This document shows, piece after piece, positions 10,764 to 20,100 of a stretch of 64,000 nucleotides of DNA. The notes below the pieces were generated by a model. The model saw nothing but the letters and a program-made list of their open reading frames with translations, was not told the origin of the DNA and did no database searches. This stretch comes from Clostridia bacterium. GTDB lineage: Bacteria; Bacillota; Clostridia; Christensenellales; CAG-138. The position numbers were made by a program, and so were the translations under genes. Location: positions 40,511 to 104,510 of the forward strand of contig JAGACA010000010.1 in assembly GCA_017614315.1 (NCBI GenBank), written 5' to 3'. Each line of letters starts with the position of its first letter. Positions within the stretch are counted from its first letter, which is position 1.

Positions 10764-11599
10764 CATATACGTACCAGGCGGGCTCGGTAAACGCCTTCAC
10801 TGCGCTGAAGGACGTCAGCTTTACCGTAAACGACGGCGAATTCGTCGGCATAATCGGCCATACCGGCTGCGGTAAATCGACGCTCATTCAGCAGCTGAAC
10901 GGGCTTATGCTGCCGTCCTCCGGCAGGGTCACCGTCGACGGGTTCGACATGAACGACAAGAAGCAGCGCGCCAAAGGCCGCGCTCTTGTCGGGATGGTTT
11001 TTCAGTATCCCGATTATCAGCTTTTCGACGAGACCGTCTATAAGGATATCAGCTTCGGGCCGCGCAATATGAAGCTTCCCGAGGAGGAGATCGCAAGAAG
11101 GATCAGCGAGGCGATGCGCCTTGTCGGTCTTGACGAGAAGGAGTTTTCGGATAAATCTCCCTTCGAGCTCTCCGGCGGCGAAAAACGCCGCACCGCGCTT
11201 GCGGGCATCGTCGCGATGTATCCCAAATACCTCGTGCTCGACGAGCCCATGGCAGGACTCGATCCGTCGGGACGCAAAGCCGTTATCGAAATGATCGAGG
11301 GATTCAGAAAGACCCTTGGCTGCGCCGTTGTAATGGTCAGCCATTCCATGGACGATATCGCAAGATCCGCGGACAAGGTCATTGTTCTTCGCGACGGAAC
11401 GATCTATAAGAGCGGCACCCCCGCCGAGATATTCTCCGAGGCCGAGGAGCTCAATGAGATGGGGCTCGAGCCGCCGTTCGCCGCGAGGGTCGCTTCCCGT
11501 TTGAGGAAACAGGGCGTTCCTCTTCCCGGCGGCATCTACACCAATGAAGCGCTTGCCGACGCTCTCTCCGGAATAAAAGGAGGAAGCGCCGATGCTTAA
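10739..11599 (+). CDS. ecfA2: energy-coupling factor (ECF) transporter ATPase 2
   Basis: Walker A GHTGCGKST, signature LSGGEKRRTALA and Walker B YLVLDEPMAGLD. Overlaps the ecfA1 end. Confidence 0.9.
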   Translation: MPIVVEKLTYTYQAGSVNAFTALKDVSFTVNDGEFVGIIGHTGCGKSTLIQQLNGLMLPSSGRVTVDGFDMNDKKQRAKGRALVGMVFQYPDYQLFDETVYKDISFGPRNMKLPEEEIARRISEAMRLVGLDEKEFSDKSPFELSGGEKRRTALAGIVAMYPKYLVLDEPMAGLDPSGRKAVIEMIEGFRKTLGCAVVMVSHSMDDIARSADKVIVLRDGTIYKSGTPAEIFSEAEELNEMGLEPPFAARVASRLRKQGVPLPGGIYTNEALADALSGIKGGSADA

Positions 11600-12449
11600 A
11601 GACATCACCTTGGGGCAATACTTCCCCGTCGACTCGGTCGCGCACAGGCTCGATCCAAGAACGAAGCTCATACTGCTCATAATGTATATCACCGCCGTGT
11701 TCATCGTAAGGGACATCTGGCTCTTCGGCGTGGTCATCGCTTTCATGCTCCTTATGACCGCCATGAGCCGCGTGCCTTTTTCCTACGTCATGAAGGCGAT
11801 AAAGCCCATGAGGATACTGCTTCCCCTGATGTTCATACTGAACCTGTTTATGATCAGGACGGGCACGGTGCTTTTTTCGTGGAGATTCATCACGATCACG
11901 ACAGGCGGCATAAAGCAGGCATTGTTCATCGTATTGAGGCTCGTCGCGCTCGTTACCGGCGCGTCGCTCCTTACGCTTACTACAACGCCCGTATCGCTTA
12001 CAGAGGGGCTTGAAAAGCTTTTGACGCCGCTCAAGATAATCAAATTCCCGGCTCATGAACTCGCCATGATGATGACGATCGCGCTGAGGTTCATCCCCAC
12101 CCTTCTCGAAGAAGCGGACAAGATCATGAAGGCTCAGCTCGCAAGGGGCGCAGATCTCGAGAGCGGAAATATCTTCAAAAAGACAAAAGCCATGGTACCC
12201 ATACTGATCCCGCTTTTCGTCAATTCGTTCAGGCGCGCCGAGGAGCTTGCGCTCGCCATGGAGAGCCGCTGCTACCACGGCGGCGAAGGCAGGACGAAGC
12301 TCAAGGTCCTCAAGTTCCGCATGCGCGACCTTTGGGCGATACTCATCATGTCGGCGCTGATCGCGCTTATTATCGTACTACAGAGCACACTCAGCATCGA
12401 CGGCGTCATAGCCTCGTTCGTGCTCGGGCTTTTGGGCATTGACAGATGA
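11592..12449 (+). CDS. ecfT: ECF transporter transmembrane (T) component
   Basis: Polytopic CbiQ/EcfT family (DPRTKL...; ALRFIPTLLEEADKIMKAQLARG coupling helices). Overlaps ecfA2 by 8 nt. Confidence 0.9.
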   Translation: MLKDITLGQYFPVDSVAHRLDPRTKLILLIMYITAVFIVRDIWLFGVVIAFMLLMTAMSRVPFSYVMKAIKPMRILLPLMFILNLFMIRTGTVLFSWRFITITTGGIKQALFIVLRLVALVTGASLLTLTTTPVSLTEGLEKLLTPLKIIKFPAHELAMMMTIALRFIPTLLEEADKIMKAQLARGADLESGNIFKKTKAMVPILIPLFVNSFRRAEELALAMESRCYHGGEGRTKLKVLKFRMRDLWAILIMSALIALIIVLQSTLSIDGVIASFVLGLLGIDR

Positions 12450-12859
12450 ACGCGCCGGATAAGAAAACCAGGGCGACTCTTCTTGTGATCGCGGGATCGC
12501 TTTTGTTGGCCGCGATCATTTGGCTCGTCGTTCTCGAGAGCACGAGCTATACAAGAAAGGTCTGCCGTATGATAAACGAATTCGGTTATCATATCGCGCC
12601 GAACGATCTTTACACCAAAGGCTACGGCGACAGTACGAGCATAGAAAAGCTTTTGGGCGGCGGACTTGACGAGGTCGTCTCGCAGTCGAAGGCCTGCGGG
12701 TTCCCAGCCGATATCGAAAAAGTTGGCCGCGTTGAGCTCATGCTTTGGAATATGGACGACGAAAAGGTCATGGTCATATGGCTGACCGACAGGGCTCCGC
12801 AGCTCGTTTTCATCGAAAACAGCTCTACGGGAGAAACATGGCCGATAGGTGATAATTGA
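12446..12859 (+). CDS. hypothetical membrane-anchored protein
   Basis: One N-terminal TM helix (LLVIAGSLLLAAIIWLVVL) and no recognised motif. Has 4-nt overlaps with both ecfT and truA. Confidence 0.5.
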   Translation: MNAPDKKTRATLLVIAGSLLLAAIIWLVVLESTSYTRKVCRMINEFGYHIAPNDLYTKGYGDSTSIEKLLGGGLDEVVSQSKACGFPADIEKVGRVELMLWNMDDEKVMVIWLTDRAPQLVFIENSSTGETWPIGDN

Positions 12860-13632
12860 TGCGCAGGATCGTTCTGATAATCGAATATGACGGAACGAAC
12901 TATGTCGGCTGGCAGATCCAACCGAACGGGCCCTCCGTACAGGAAACGATAGGCGAAGCGTTCTTTAAGCTTATCGGCGAGCGGCCGGTGCTTCATGCCT
13001 CGGGCAGAACCGACAGCGGCGTTCACGCGAGGGCGCAGGTTGCGCATTTCGATACCGAATGCCGCATACCGGAGGATAAGTTCGCGTTCGCGCTGAACAC
13101 GAGGCTCCCGGGTGACATAAGGATCAAAGCAAGCTTTTCCGTCCCAGAGGATTTCCACGCGAGGTTTTCGGTAAAAGAAAAGCATTACGTCTATACGATC
13201 AACAATGCTCCGCACGCTTCAGCGTTCACGCGGGATACCGCTCTGCACGTTCATTATCCCCTTGATCTCGATAAACTTAACGAAGCTGCCGGGTATTTTA
13301 TCGGCACGCACGATTTCAACGCGTTCCGCTCCTCCGGCGGGCTGAACGCCACAACTGTGAGAACGGTATATGAGTCGGGCTGGACGCGCGAAGGCGATAT
13401 GCTGAAGTACCATGTTTCCGGAAACGGATTCCTTTATAACATGGTAAGGATAATGGTAGGAACGATGATCAGGGTCGGTGAAGGCTTCGACCGTCCGGAA
13501 GTGGTCGCGGAAGCGCTGAAAGACCCCTCAAGAAGCAACGCCGGCGATACCGCTCCGGCTCACGGGCTCATGCTTTGGCGAGTGAGATACGACCTGTTCG
13601 ATACAGAAAAAGTTCTTTCTGGCAAACGTTGA
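12859..13632 (+). CDS. truA: tRNA pseudouridine(38-40) synthase
   Basis: IEYDGTNYVGWQIQ...GRTDSGVHA catalytic-Asp motif. Conserved position after ecfT. Confidence 0.92.
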   Translation: MRRIVLIIEYDGTNYVGWQIQPNGPSVQETIGEAFFKLIGERPVLHASGRTDSGVHARAQVAHFDTECRIPEDKFAFALNTRLPGDIRIKASFSVPEDFHARFSVKEKHYVYTINNAPHASAFTRDTALHVHYPLDLDKLNEAAGYFIGTHDFNAFRSSGGLNATTVRTVYESGWTREGDMLKYHVSGNGFLYNMVRIMVGTMIRVGEGFDRPEVVAEALKDPSRSNAGDTAPAHGLMLWRVRYDLFDTEKVLSGKR

Positions 13633-13647
13633 ATTTGCCCAAAACAC

Positions 13648-13676
13648 TTGCCATTAATAAAATAATGTTGTAAAAT
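13648..13676 (+). promoter_or_regulatory. sigma-A-like promoter for asp23-DAK2-recG string
   Basis: TTGCCA-17 nt-TAAAAT, 30 nt upstream of the ATG at 13707. Confidence 0.5.
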
Positions 13677-13706
13677 AGATTGAATAATTATATTCGGAGG
13701 TGTAAT

Positions 13707-14063
13707 ATGCCTGCAAAAATACTCTACGATCTCGGAACGGTCACCCTCCCCGAGGATGTAATCGCCACGATCGCCGGCACCGCCGCCGTTGAGAATTACG
13801 GCATTGTTGCCATGAACAGCAAAAAAGCTTCGGACGCTCTCCTTCAGCTCGTCGGAAGCGAAAACATGAAGCGCGGCGTCAAGGTCACGGTTCTTGAAGA
13901 CGAAAACACTCTCGATATAGATCTCTTCGTTACCGTTATGTACGGCGTATCCCTTACCGCTGTTGCGCAGAATGCCGTATCGAACGTCAAGTACCGCGTC
14001 GAGGACTATACCGGTCTCCACGTCCGCAACGTCAATATTTTCGTCGAAAGCATCAAAGTCTAA
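13707..14063 (+). CDS. Asp23/Gls24 family envelope stress protein (YloU-like)
   Basis: IATIAGTAAVENYGIV...VKV...IDLFVTVMYGVSL pattern. GGAGG RBS at 13696-13700. Precedes the DAK2 (YloV-like) gene, as in Firmicutes. Confidence 0.85.
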   Translation: MPAKILYDLGTVTLPEDVIATIAGTAAVENYGIVAMNSKKASDALLQLVGSENMKRGVKVTVLEDENTLDIDLFVTVMYGVSLTAVAQNAVSNVKYRVEDYTGLHVRNVNIFVESIKV

Positions 14064-14084
14064 CGTCGAAGGAGCAGTTTTAAC

Positions 14085-15746
14085 TTGAAAAGATCAGTTT
14101 TTAACGGTGAAATGCTCCGGGACATGTACGTCCTCGGCGCTGCGATGCTCGAGAAGAACAAGGCATCCATCGACGCCATGAACGTATTCCCCGTCCCCGA
14201 CGGAGATACCGGTACCAATATGTCCATGACTATGCAGCGCGCGATCGCCGAGATCCGCGCCTGCGATTCCGACAGTGCGGAGGATATCTCCGCCGCCGCT
14301 TCTCTCGGCGCGCTGAAGGGTGCGCGGGGAAACTCCGGCGTCATCCTTTCGCAGATATTCCGCGGCATCGCGCAGGCGCTCAAGGGCCGCGGCGATCTCG
14401 TTACCGCAAAGATCCTTGCCGACGCCATCACCGCCGGCACGGAGGCCGCATACAAGGCCGTTATGCGTCCCAAAGAGGGCACAATGCTCACCGTCTCGCA
14501 TTACATGGCCGATTATGCGCAGAAGGCCGCTTCCGTCCGCGGAGCCGACGGCTATTCCGTTCTCGAGGCCATGCTCGAGGGCGGCGAGATCGCGTTGAAG
14601 AAAACGCCGGAGCTGCTTCCCGTGCTTAAAGAAGCCGGCGTCCTCGATTCCGGCGGCACCGGACTGTTGACCATATTCCGCGGGTTCATGCTTGCGGCCA
14701 ACGGCGAGGATCCAGAGTCTCTCGATCTCGATCTCAGCGCTATCGGCGAAGGAAACGCCGAGGAATACAGCTCCAACGACGATATCATCGCCTCGACCAG
14801 CACCGAGGATATCAAGTTCGGCTACTGCAGCGAGATGTTCATCATCCACATTCACGACGACGTGACAGAGGACGATATCACAAGGTTCCGCGACAAGCTG
14901 TGCCGTTTGGGCGACAGCGTCGTGGTCGTACATGATTCGGGCATTATAAAGGTCCACTGTCATTCCAACGCCCCCGGCAAGGTCATACAGTTCGCGCTCA
15001 TGCTCGGCGAGATCGACAAGCTCAAGGTAGACAACATGCGCGAGCAGAATCGCCTTATCCGCGAAAAGATCATGCGCGAAGAAAAGGAGCAGGCTGTCGT
15101 CGCGGTATGTGCAGGCGACGGTCTTGAGGAAGACCTCAAGTCCCTCGGCGTGGGTTATATAATCTCCGGCGGACAGACCATGAATCCCAGCATAGACGTC
15201 ATCAGCCAGGCGATAAAGTCCGTAAACGCGAGGAACGTGTTCGTGCTTCCCGACAATTCCAATATTATCCTCGCCGCACAGCAGGCCGCTGAAGTCGCGG
15301 AATGCAGCGTTATCGTGCTTCCCACGAAGTCCGTCATGCAGGGCATCGCCGCCATGACAGGCTATAATCCCGAGTCTTCGGTCGACGAGAACAAGGCCGC
15401 AATGACGGAATGCCTTGAGAACGTCGTTTCCGGTTCCGTGACATACGCTGTGCGCGACACCTCGTATAACGGGAACACCATCCATTCGGGCGATATCATA
15501 GGTCTTATCAACGGCTCCATCAGGAATGTAGGGACGAACGTTTCCGAATGTACTCTCGGCATCATAAAGACCATACTCAACGAGCACGAGGACCGCGGGT
15601 TCGTATCGGTCTATTGGGGCGAAGGCGCAAGCGAGGAAAGCGCTTCCGCGATCGTCTCCTCGCTTGAAGAGGAGTATCCCGATATCGAGTTCATGGTCAG
15701 AAAGGGCGGTCAGCCCCTGTATTACTACTTTATCTCGGCGGAGTAA
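14085..15746 (+). CDS. DAK2 domain-containing protein (YloV-like)
   Basis: N-terminal DAK2 motifs (NVFPVPDGDTGTNM, RGNSGVILSQ) with a C-terminal YloV-type domain. TTG start with GGAG 10 nt upstream. Confidence 0.85.
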   Translation: MKRSVFNGEMLRDMYVLGAAMLEKNKASIDAMNVFPVPDGDTGTNMSMTMQRAIAEIRACDSDSAEDISAAASLGALKGARGNSGVILSQIFRGIAQALKGRGDLVTAKILADAITAGTEAAYKAVMRPKEGTMLTVSHYMADYAQKAASVRGADGYSVLEAMLEGGEIALKKTPELLPVLKEAGVLDSGGTGLLTIFRGFMLAANGEDPESLDLDLSAIGEGNAEEYSSNDDIIASTSTEDIKFGYCSEMFIIHIHDDVTEDDITRFRDKLCRLGDSVVVVHDSGIIKVHCHSNAPGKVIQFALMLGEIDKLKVDNMREQNRLIREKIMREEKEQAVVAVCAGDGLEEDLKSLGVGYIISGGQTMNPSIDVISQAIKSVNARNVFVLPDNSNIILAAQQAAEVAECSVIVLPTKSVMQGIAAMTGYNPESSVDENKAAMTECLENVVSGSVTYAVRDTSYNGNTIHSGDIIGLINGSIRNVGTNVSECTLGIIKTILNEHEDRGFVSVYWGEGASEESASAIVSSLEEEYPDIEFMVRKGGQPLYYYFISAE

Positions 15747-17771
15747 ATGAATGTCGATTCTAAACTGACGGATATCAAAGGAATTGGTCCCAAGCGAGCC
15801 GAAGCTCTCGGTCACTTGGGACTGTTTTCAATGCGCGATCTTATCTGTTATTCGCCGCGCGAGTATCACGATCTGCGCGAGCCCACTCCGATCATCGAGC
15901 TTAAGCACGGCGATTACGCGCTTATAGCGATAGCGGAGCTTGACCGCATAAAGGTCGCATATCCCTCGGTGAACGGCCGCCGAACACCTCTCGTTACGAT
16001 CAACGTGTCGGACGGTCTTGGCAGGATCCGTCTTTCCTGGTTCAATCAGCCTTATATCAGAAACAGCATCCCCTCCTCCCCCGGCGGTTACGCATACGGC
16101 AGGGTCGACCTTACAAAGGGGCGCGTAATGGTGAACGCGTCGTTCTGCAAGGAGCCCCCGGGGATACTTCCCGTTTATCGACTGACGAAGGGCTTGGGGC
16201 AGTCGTCGCTGCGTTCATGCATGAAGGCGGCGCTCGCGGCCTTCTCGGAGGAGCCGATCGAGACGCTTCCCGACAGCGTCCTGTCGGAGCATAAGCTTTC
16301 ACGTCTCGGCTTCGCGGTCGAGAACATCCACTTCCCCATCTCGCCTGAAGCAATAAAGCTTGCAAAGCGCAGGCTTTCGTTCGAGAACACGCTGTATTTC
16401 ACAGTCCTTCTGGAATCGTTCAGAGCGCGCGCTCTTCATTCTGCCGGGATCGCATTCGAAACAAGCGGCATGCTGGACGAGTTCGTGTCCATGCTTCCGT
16501 TCACGCCTACGAACGGACAGCTCGAGATAATGCATACGATAGATTCGGACATGTCCGCGCCTATCCCGATGAACAGGCTCATTCAGGGCGACGTGGGCTC
16601 CGGCAAGACGGCTCTTGCGTTCTATGCTATGTTCGTCGCATCGAAAAACGGGTATCAGTCCGCGCTTATGGCGCCGACGGGGATACTTGCAGAGCAGCAT
16701 TACAATAAGCTTAAAAGACTGTTCGGCGAAAGCACCGTGCTTCTTACCGGAAGCCTCAAAAAGGCCGAAAAGGCCGAAACGCTCGAAAGGATAAAGAACG
16801 GCGGGGCGAAGTTCATTGTCGGCACACACTCACTTATCGAGGGCGGAGTTGTTTATAAGGATCTCGGGCTAGTCATAGCGGACGAACAGCATCGCTTCGG
16901 CGTACGCCAGCGCGCGGATCTCGGCGGCAAGGCAAAGAGCCCGGACGTCATTATAATGAGCGCGACGCCGATCCCGAGGACGCTTTCGCTCATACTCTAC
17001 GGCGATCTCGACGTATCTAAGCTCACCGAGATGCCGGCTGGGCGCAGGAAGGTCGAGACGCGTTTCGTTCCGTCCGCGAAGAGGACGGATATGTACCGCT
17101 ATATCGAAAAGGAGATACTTGAAAAGCACATACAGGCTTTCGTCGTCTGCCCGCTTATAGAAGACAGCGAGGACGTCGAGTCCGAGTTCTCCGCCGAGGC
17201 CGTTTTTGACGAGCTCAAAAAGAAGCTCGGCGTAAGGATCGAGCTCATTCACGGCAGGATGAAGCCCGACAAGCGCGAGGAGATTATGCGCGACTTTCGC
17301 GACGGCGGGATCGATCTTATCGTCTCCACGACAGTAATCGAGGTCGGAGTCGACGTCCCCAACGCGTGTATAATGGTCATAGAGTCGGCGGAGCGTTTCG
17401 GGCTCGCTCAGCTGCATCAGCTGCGCGGAAGGGTCGGCAGGAGCGATAAGGAAAGCTACTGTTTCCTGCTTTCGGAAAGCAGGGCGGAATCCGTCGCCGA
17501 AAGGATACGGACTCTCGTTACGTCGAACAACGGCTTCGAGATCGCGGAAAAAGATCTTATTTCGCGAGGTCCCGGCGAGCTTTTGGGACAGCGTCAGCAC
17601 GGGAGCTCCCCGCTTATCGAGGCCATCGCTTCGGGCGACCTTGCTACGCTTACCGAAGCGCGCGAGGCCGCGATAAGGCTTTTAAGGAGCCGCGATCCCG
17701 CTGACCGCGGATTTATAAACGACGTCCTTAAAAGGTACGCTCCTCAGCTTAAGGACGTCGCCATCAACTGA
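15747..17771 (+). CDS. recG: ATP-dependent DNA helicase RecG
   Basis: Wedge domain plus SF2 helicase motifs (GDVGSGKT, DEQHRFG, MSATPIPRT, QLHQLRGRVGR). Confidence 0.93.
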   Translation: MNVDSKLTDIKGIGPKRAEALGHLGLFSMRDLICYSPREYHDLREPTPIIELKHGDYALIAIAELDRIKVAYPSVNGRRTPLVTINVSDGLGRIRLSWFNQPYIRNSIPSSPGGYAYGRVDLTKGRVMVNASFCKEPPGILPVYRLTKGLGQSSLRSCMKAALAAFSEEPIETLPDSVLSEHKLSRLGFAVENIHFPISPEAIKLAKRRLSFENTLYFTVLLESFRARALHSAGIAFETSGMLDEFVSMLPFTPTNGQLEIMHTIDSDMSAPIPMNRLIQGDVGSGKTALAFYAMFVASKNGYQSALMAPTGILAEQHYNKLKRLFGESTVLLTGSLKKAEKAETLERIKNGGAKFIVGTHSLIEGGVVYKDLGLVIADEQHRFGVRQRADLGGKAKSPDVIIMSATPIPRTLSLILYGDLDVSKLTEMPAGRRKVETRFVPSAKRTDMYRYIEKEILEKHIQAFVVCPLIEDSEDVESEFSAEAVFDELKKKLGVRIELIHGRMKPDKREEIMRDFRDGGIDLIVSTTVIEVGVDVPNACIMVIESAERFGLAQLHQLRGRVGRSDKESYCFLLSESRAESVAERIRTLVTSNNGFEIAEKDLISRGPGELLGQRQHGSSPLIEAIASGDLATLTEAREAAIRLLRSRDPADRGFINDVLKRYAPQLKDVAIN

Positions 17772-17785
17772 TACGGAGGCATGAT

Positions 17786-19138
17786 ATGAGCGCGCCGGTC
17801 AAAAAAAACGATGAGATATCGATCACTATCACGGGAATGAGCTCCGAGGGCTTCGGCATAGGAAGGACCGAGGGCTTTGCCGTGTTCGTTCCGTACGCCA
17901 TCGTCGGCGAGACGGTCAGGGCTCATATCATAAAGGTCGCTTCCTCATACGCCGTCGGAAAGCTCATCGAGGTCACGGAGCCTTCTGCCGACCGAAGAGA
18001 ACCCTCCTGCCCCGTCTTTTCAAAATGCGGCGGCTGTGCTTTGATGCACATGAGCTATGAAGCGCAGCTCGAATATAAGCGGAATCTCGTCCGCGACGCG
18101 CTCGAAAGGATCGGAGGGCTCGGCGGAGTTTCCGTCTCCCCCGTCGTCGGAATGGACGATCCTTACCGCTACCGCAATAAGGGAAGCTTCCCTTTCGCGC
18201 CGAAGGACGGACGCGCGGCGTGGGGACTGTTCGCCAAGAAGAGCCACAGGCTGATCGGCGTTTACGACTGCATGATCGAAAGCTCCGACGCGGTGAACGC
18301 GGCGAAGGCTGTAGCCGATTGGGCGAACAGTTTCGGCGTTCCCGCATACGACGAGACCTCCGGCGCGGGCGTTTTACGGCACGTCGTCACGCGGTCGCTG
18401 ACGGGCGGTACTTCCGTCTGCGTCGTTACGACGGGAAAGCTCCCACATAAGGACGAGCTCATCGGCGCGATAAGGCTTGCCGTGCCGAACGTTACGTCGA
18501 TCGCGCAAAACATCAATCCCAACAGCACCAACGTGATACTCGGCAAGGTGACGAGGCTCCTTTGGGGCGAAGAGACCGTAAGCCAGACGATATGCGGGCT
18601 CGATTTCGGTGTAAGCGCGGAATCATTCCTTCAGGTCAACCCGGTACAGACCGAGAAGCTTTATTCGCTCGCCGTCGAAGGCCTCGGGCTCACAAAGGAC
18701 ATGAGCGTATGCGATCTATACTGCGGCATAGGCGCGATCACGCTTATGCTCGCGGAAAGAGCCGCAGACGCCGTCGGTATCGAGTACGTGCAGAAGGCGG
18801 TATCGGATGCGAAAGCGAACGCGAAGCTGAACGGGATCTATAACGCCGAGTTCATTTCGGGAAGCGCCGAGAACGTGCTTCCCCGCCTTGTAAAGGAAGG
18901 CCGCAGATTCGATGCGGTCACGCTCGATCCGCCGAGAAAGGGCGCGGAGCCCGAGGCTCTGAAAGCCGCGGCGGAATGCGGAGCATGCCGCATCGCGTAT
19001 ATCTCCTGCAACCCGGCTACGCTCGCAAGGGATCTTAAGATACTCGCGGGTTACGGCTTTATGATCGAGTCCGTACAGCCCGTCGATATGTTCCCGCACA
19101 CAGCGCATATCGAAACAGTTGTACAACTTACGCGGTAA
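17786..19138 (+). CDS. 23S rRNA (uracil-C5)-methyltransferase, RlmD/RumA family
   Basis: TRAM domain at the N-terminus, 4Fe-4S Cys cluster (CPVFSKCGGCALMH), SAM fold (DLYCGIGAITL) and catalytic region (DPPRKG...ISCNPATL). Confidence 0.87.
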   Translation: MSAPVKKNDEISITITGMSSEGFGIGRTEGFAVFVPYAIVGETVRAHIIKVASSYAVGKLIEVTEPSADRREPSCPVFSKCGGCALMHMSYEAQLEYKRNLVRDALERIGGLGGVSVSPVVGMDDPYRYRNKGSFPFAPKDGRAAWGLFAKKSHRLIGVYDCMIESSDAVNAAKAVADWANSFGVPAYDETSGAGVLRHVVTRSLTGGTSVCVVTTGKLPHKDELIGAIRLAVPNVTSIAQNINPNSTNVILGKVTRLLWGEETVSQTICGLDFGVSAESFLQVNPVQTEKLYSLAVEGLGLTKDMSVCDLYCGIGAITLMLAERAADAVGIEYVQKAVSDAKANAKLNGIYNAEFISGSAENVLPRLVKEGRRFDAVTLDPPRKGAEPEALKAAAECGACRIAYISCNPATLARDLKILAGYGFMIESVQPVDMFPHTAHIETVVQLTR

Positions 19139-19149
19139 ACGAAAAGGAT

Positions 19150-19596
19150 ATGGAAGATAACATGATCAAAAGAGCGGAAACAACCGACGCCGGGATCCTT
19201 GCGACACTTGCGATAAAGATGTGGACGGAGCACGATCCCGCCGAACTGGAGGACGAGTTCCGAGAGCTTTTATCGAACGGCGAAGCGGCGTGCTTTATCA
19301 AATACTCGGGCGGCGCTCCGATCGCTTTCGCGCAGTGTCAGCTTCGGCACGATTACGTGGAAGGCACGGACAGTTCGCCCGTAGGCTACTTGGAGGGCGT
19401 TTTCGTATCGGAGGGATACCGCAGGATGGGATACGCTGCGGAACTTTTATCAGAATGTGAGAAATGGGCGAAGGAAAATGGCTGTGCGGAATTCGCAAGC
19501 GACTGCGAGCCGGACAACACGGAAAGCCTTCGCTTCCATTTGGCAGTGGGCTTCGAGGAAGCGAACAGGATAATCTGTTTCAGGAAGGAACTTTAG
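19150..19596 (+). CDS. GNAT acetyltransferase, AAC(6')-I-like (putative aminoglycoside 6'-N-acetyltransferase)
   Basis: The block LRHDYVEGTDSSPVGYLEGVFVSEGYRRMGYAAELL...W...GCAEFASDCEPDNTESLRFHLAVGFEEANRIICFRK matches my recollection of AAC(6')-Iy/Ic-type enzymes (IRHDYVNGCDSSPVVFLEGIFV...ASDTSPENTISQKVHQALGFEETERVIFYRK). The start could be 19162. Confidence 0.72.
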   Translation: MEDNMIKRAETTDAGILATLAIKMWTEHDPAELEDEFRELLSNGEAACFIKYSGGAPIAFAQCQLRHDYVEGTDSSPVGYLEGVFVSEGYRRMGYAAELLSECEKWAKENGCAEFASDCEPDNTESLRFHLAVGFEEANRIICFRKEL

Positions 19597-19608
19597 GAGC
19601 ATCCGGTC

Positions 19609-20019
19609 ATGAATGAGATCGATTTGAAACTTGTCGAGCTTCAACCTTCTCAGTTTTATATCTCCGGGAAGAAGCTCAAGGATATCGAAGGTTGGCTCGA
19701 TCCGAAGGATCTTTCCGGGTTCGAGCCCATCCCCGTAAAGCTGCTCGACGGCATACCCGTCATGACGGACGGGCACACGAGAGCCGTCGCCGCCTTGAGG
19801 GCGGGTCTCGATACCGTTCCTCTCGTATGGGACGAGGACGATCTCGATTGGGATATGTACAGGGAATGCGTTAAAGCATGCCGTGAAAGGATGATATCTT
19901 CGCCGGCCGATCTTTTATCTCGAATCATTTCCGCAGAGGACTACAAGGTCAAATGGGATGAATGGTGCGATGTCATGCATGCGGAAGTTATGCAAAAAAG
20001 AAACGCCGATCCTGATTGA
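19609..20019 (+). CDS. small ParB/sulfiredoxin-fold (ParB-like nuclease domain) protein, function unknown
   Basis: The N-terminal segment LQPSQFYIS...PIPVKLLDGIPVMTDGHTRAVAA resembles the ParB-N/Srx DGHHR-type motif. 136 aa with no HTH or partner genes. Confidence 0.4.
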   Translation: MNEIDLKLVELQPSQFYISGKKLKDIEGWLDPKDLSGFEPIPVKLLDGIPVMTDGHTRAVAALRAGLDTVPLVWDEDDLDWDMYRECVKACRERMISSPADLLSRIISAEDYKVKWDEWCDVMHAEVMQKRNADPD

Positions 20020-20027
20020 CTGCGGGG

Positions 20028-20055
20028 CTTGAATTGTACCGATCGTGTGCTATAA
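20028..20055 (+). promoter_or_regulatory. strong sigma-A-like promoter (extended -10) for the 126-aa orphan gene
   Basis: TTGAAT-16 nt-(TGc)TATAAT, followed by an AGGAGG RBS 7 nt before the ATG at 20101. Confidence 0.5.
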
Positions 20056-20100
20056 TTATCTTGTTACCGATTTTTCGGAATAATTTCAGGAGGCATTATT

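Noticed and set aside
10355-11764. 469-aa minus-strand ORF antisense to ecfA1/ecfA2/ecfT
   Set aside because: Same shadow-ORF reasoning. It spans three independently well-supported plus-strand genes and has low-complexity composition.
14094-15815. 573-aa minus-strand ORF covering the whole DAK2 (YloV-like) gene
   Set aside because: It is a mirror-frame shadow ORF, typical of GC-rich coding DNA. The product is R/A/G/H/D-rich with no motifs, RBS or operon logic. The plus-strand gene has clear DAK2 motifs and conserved yloU-yloV-recG context.
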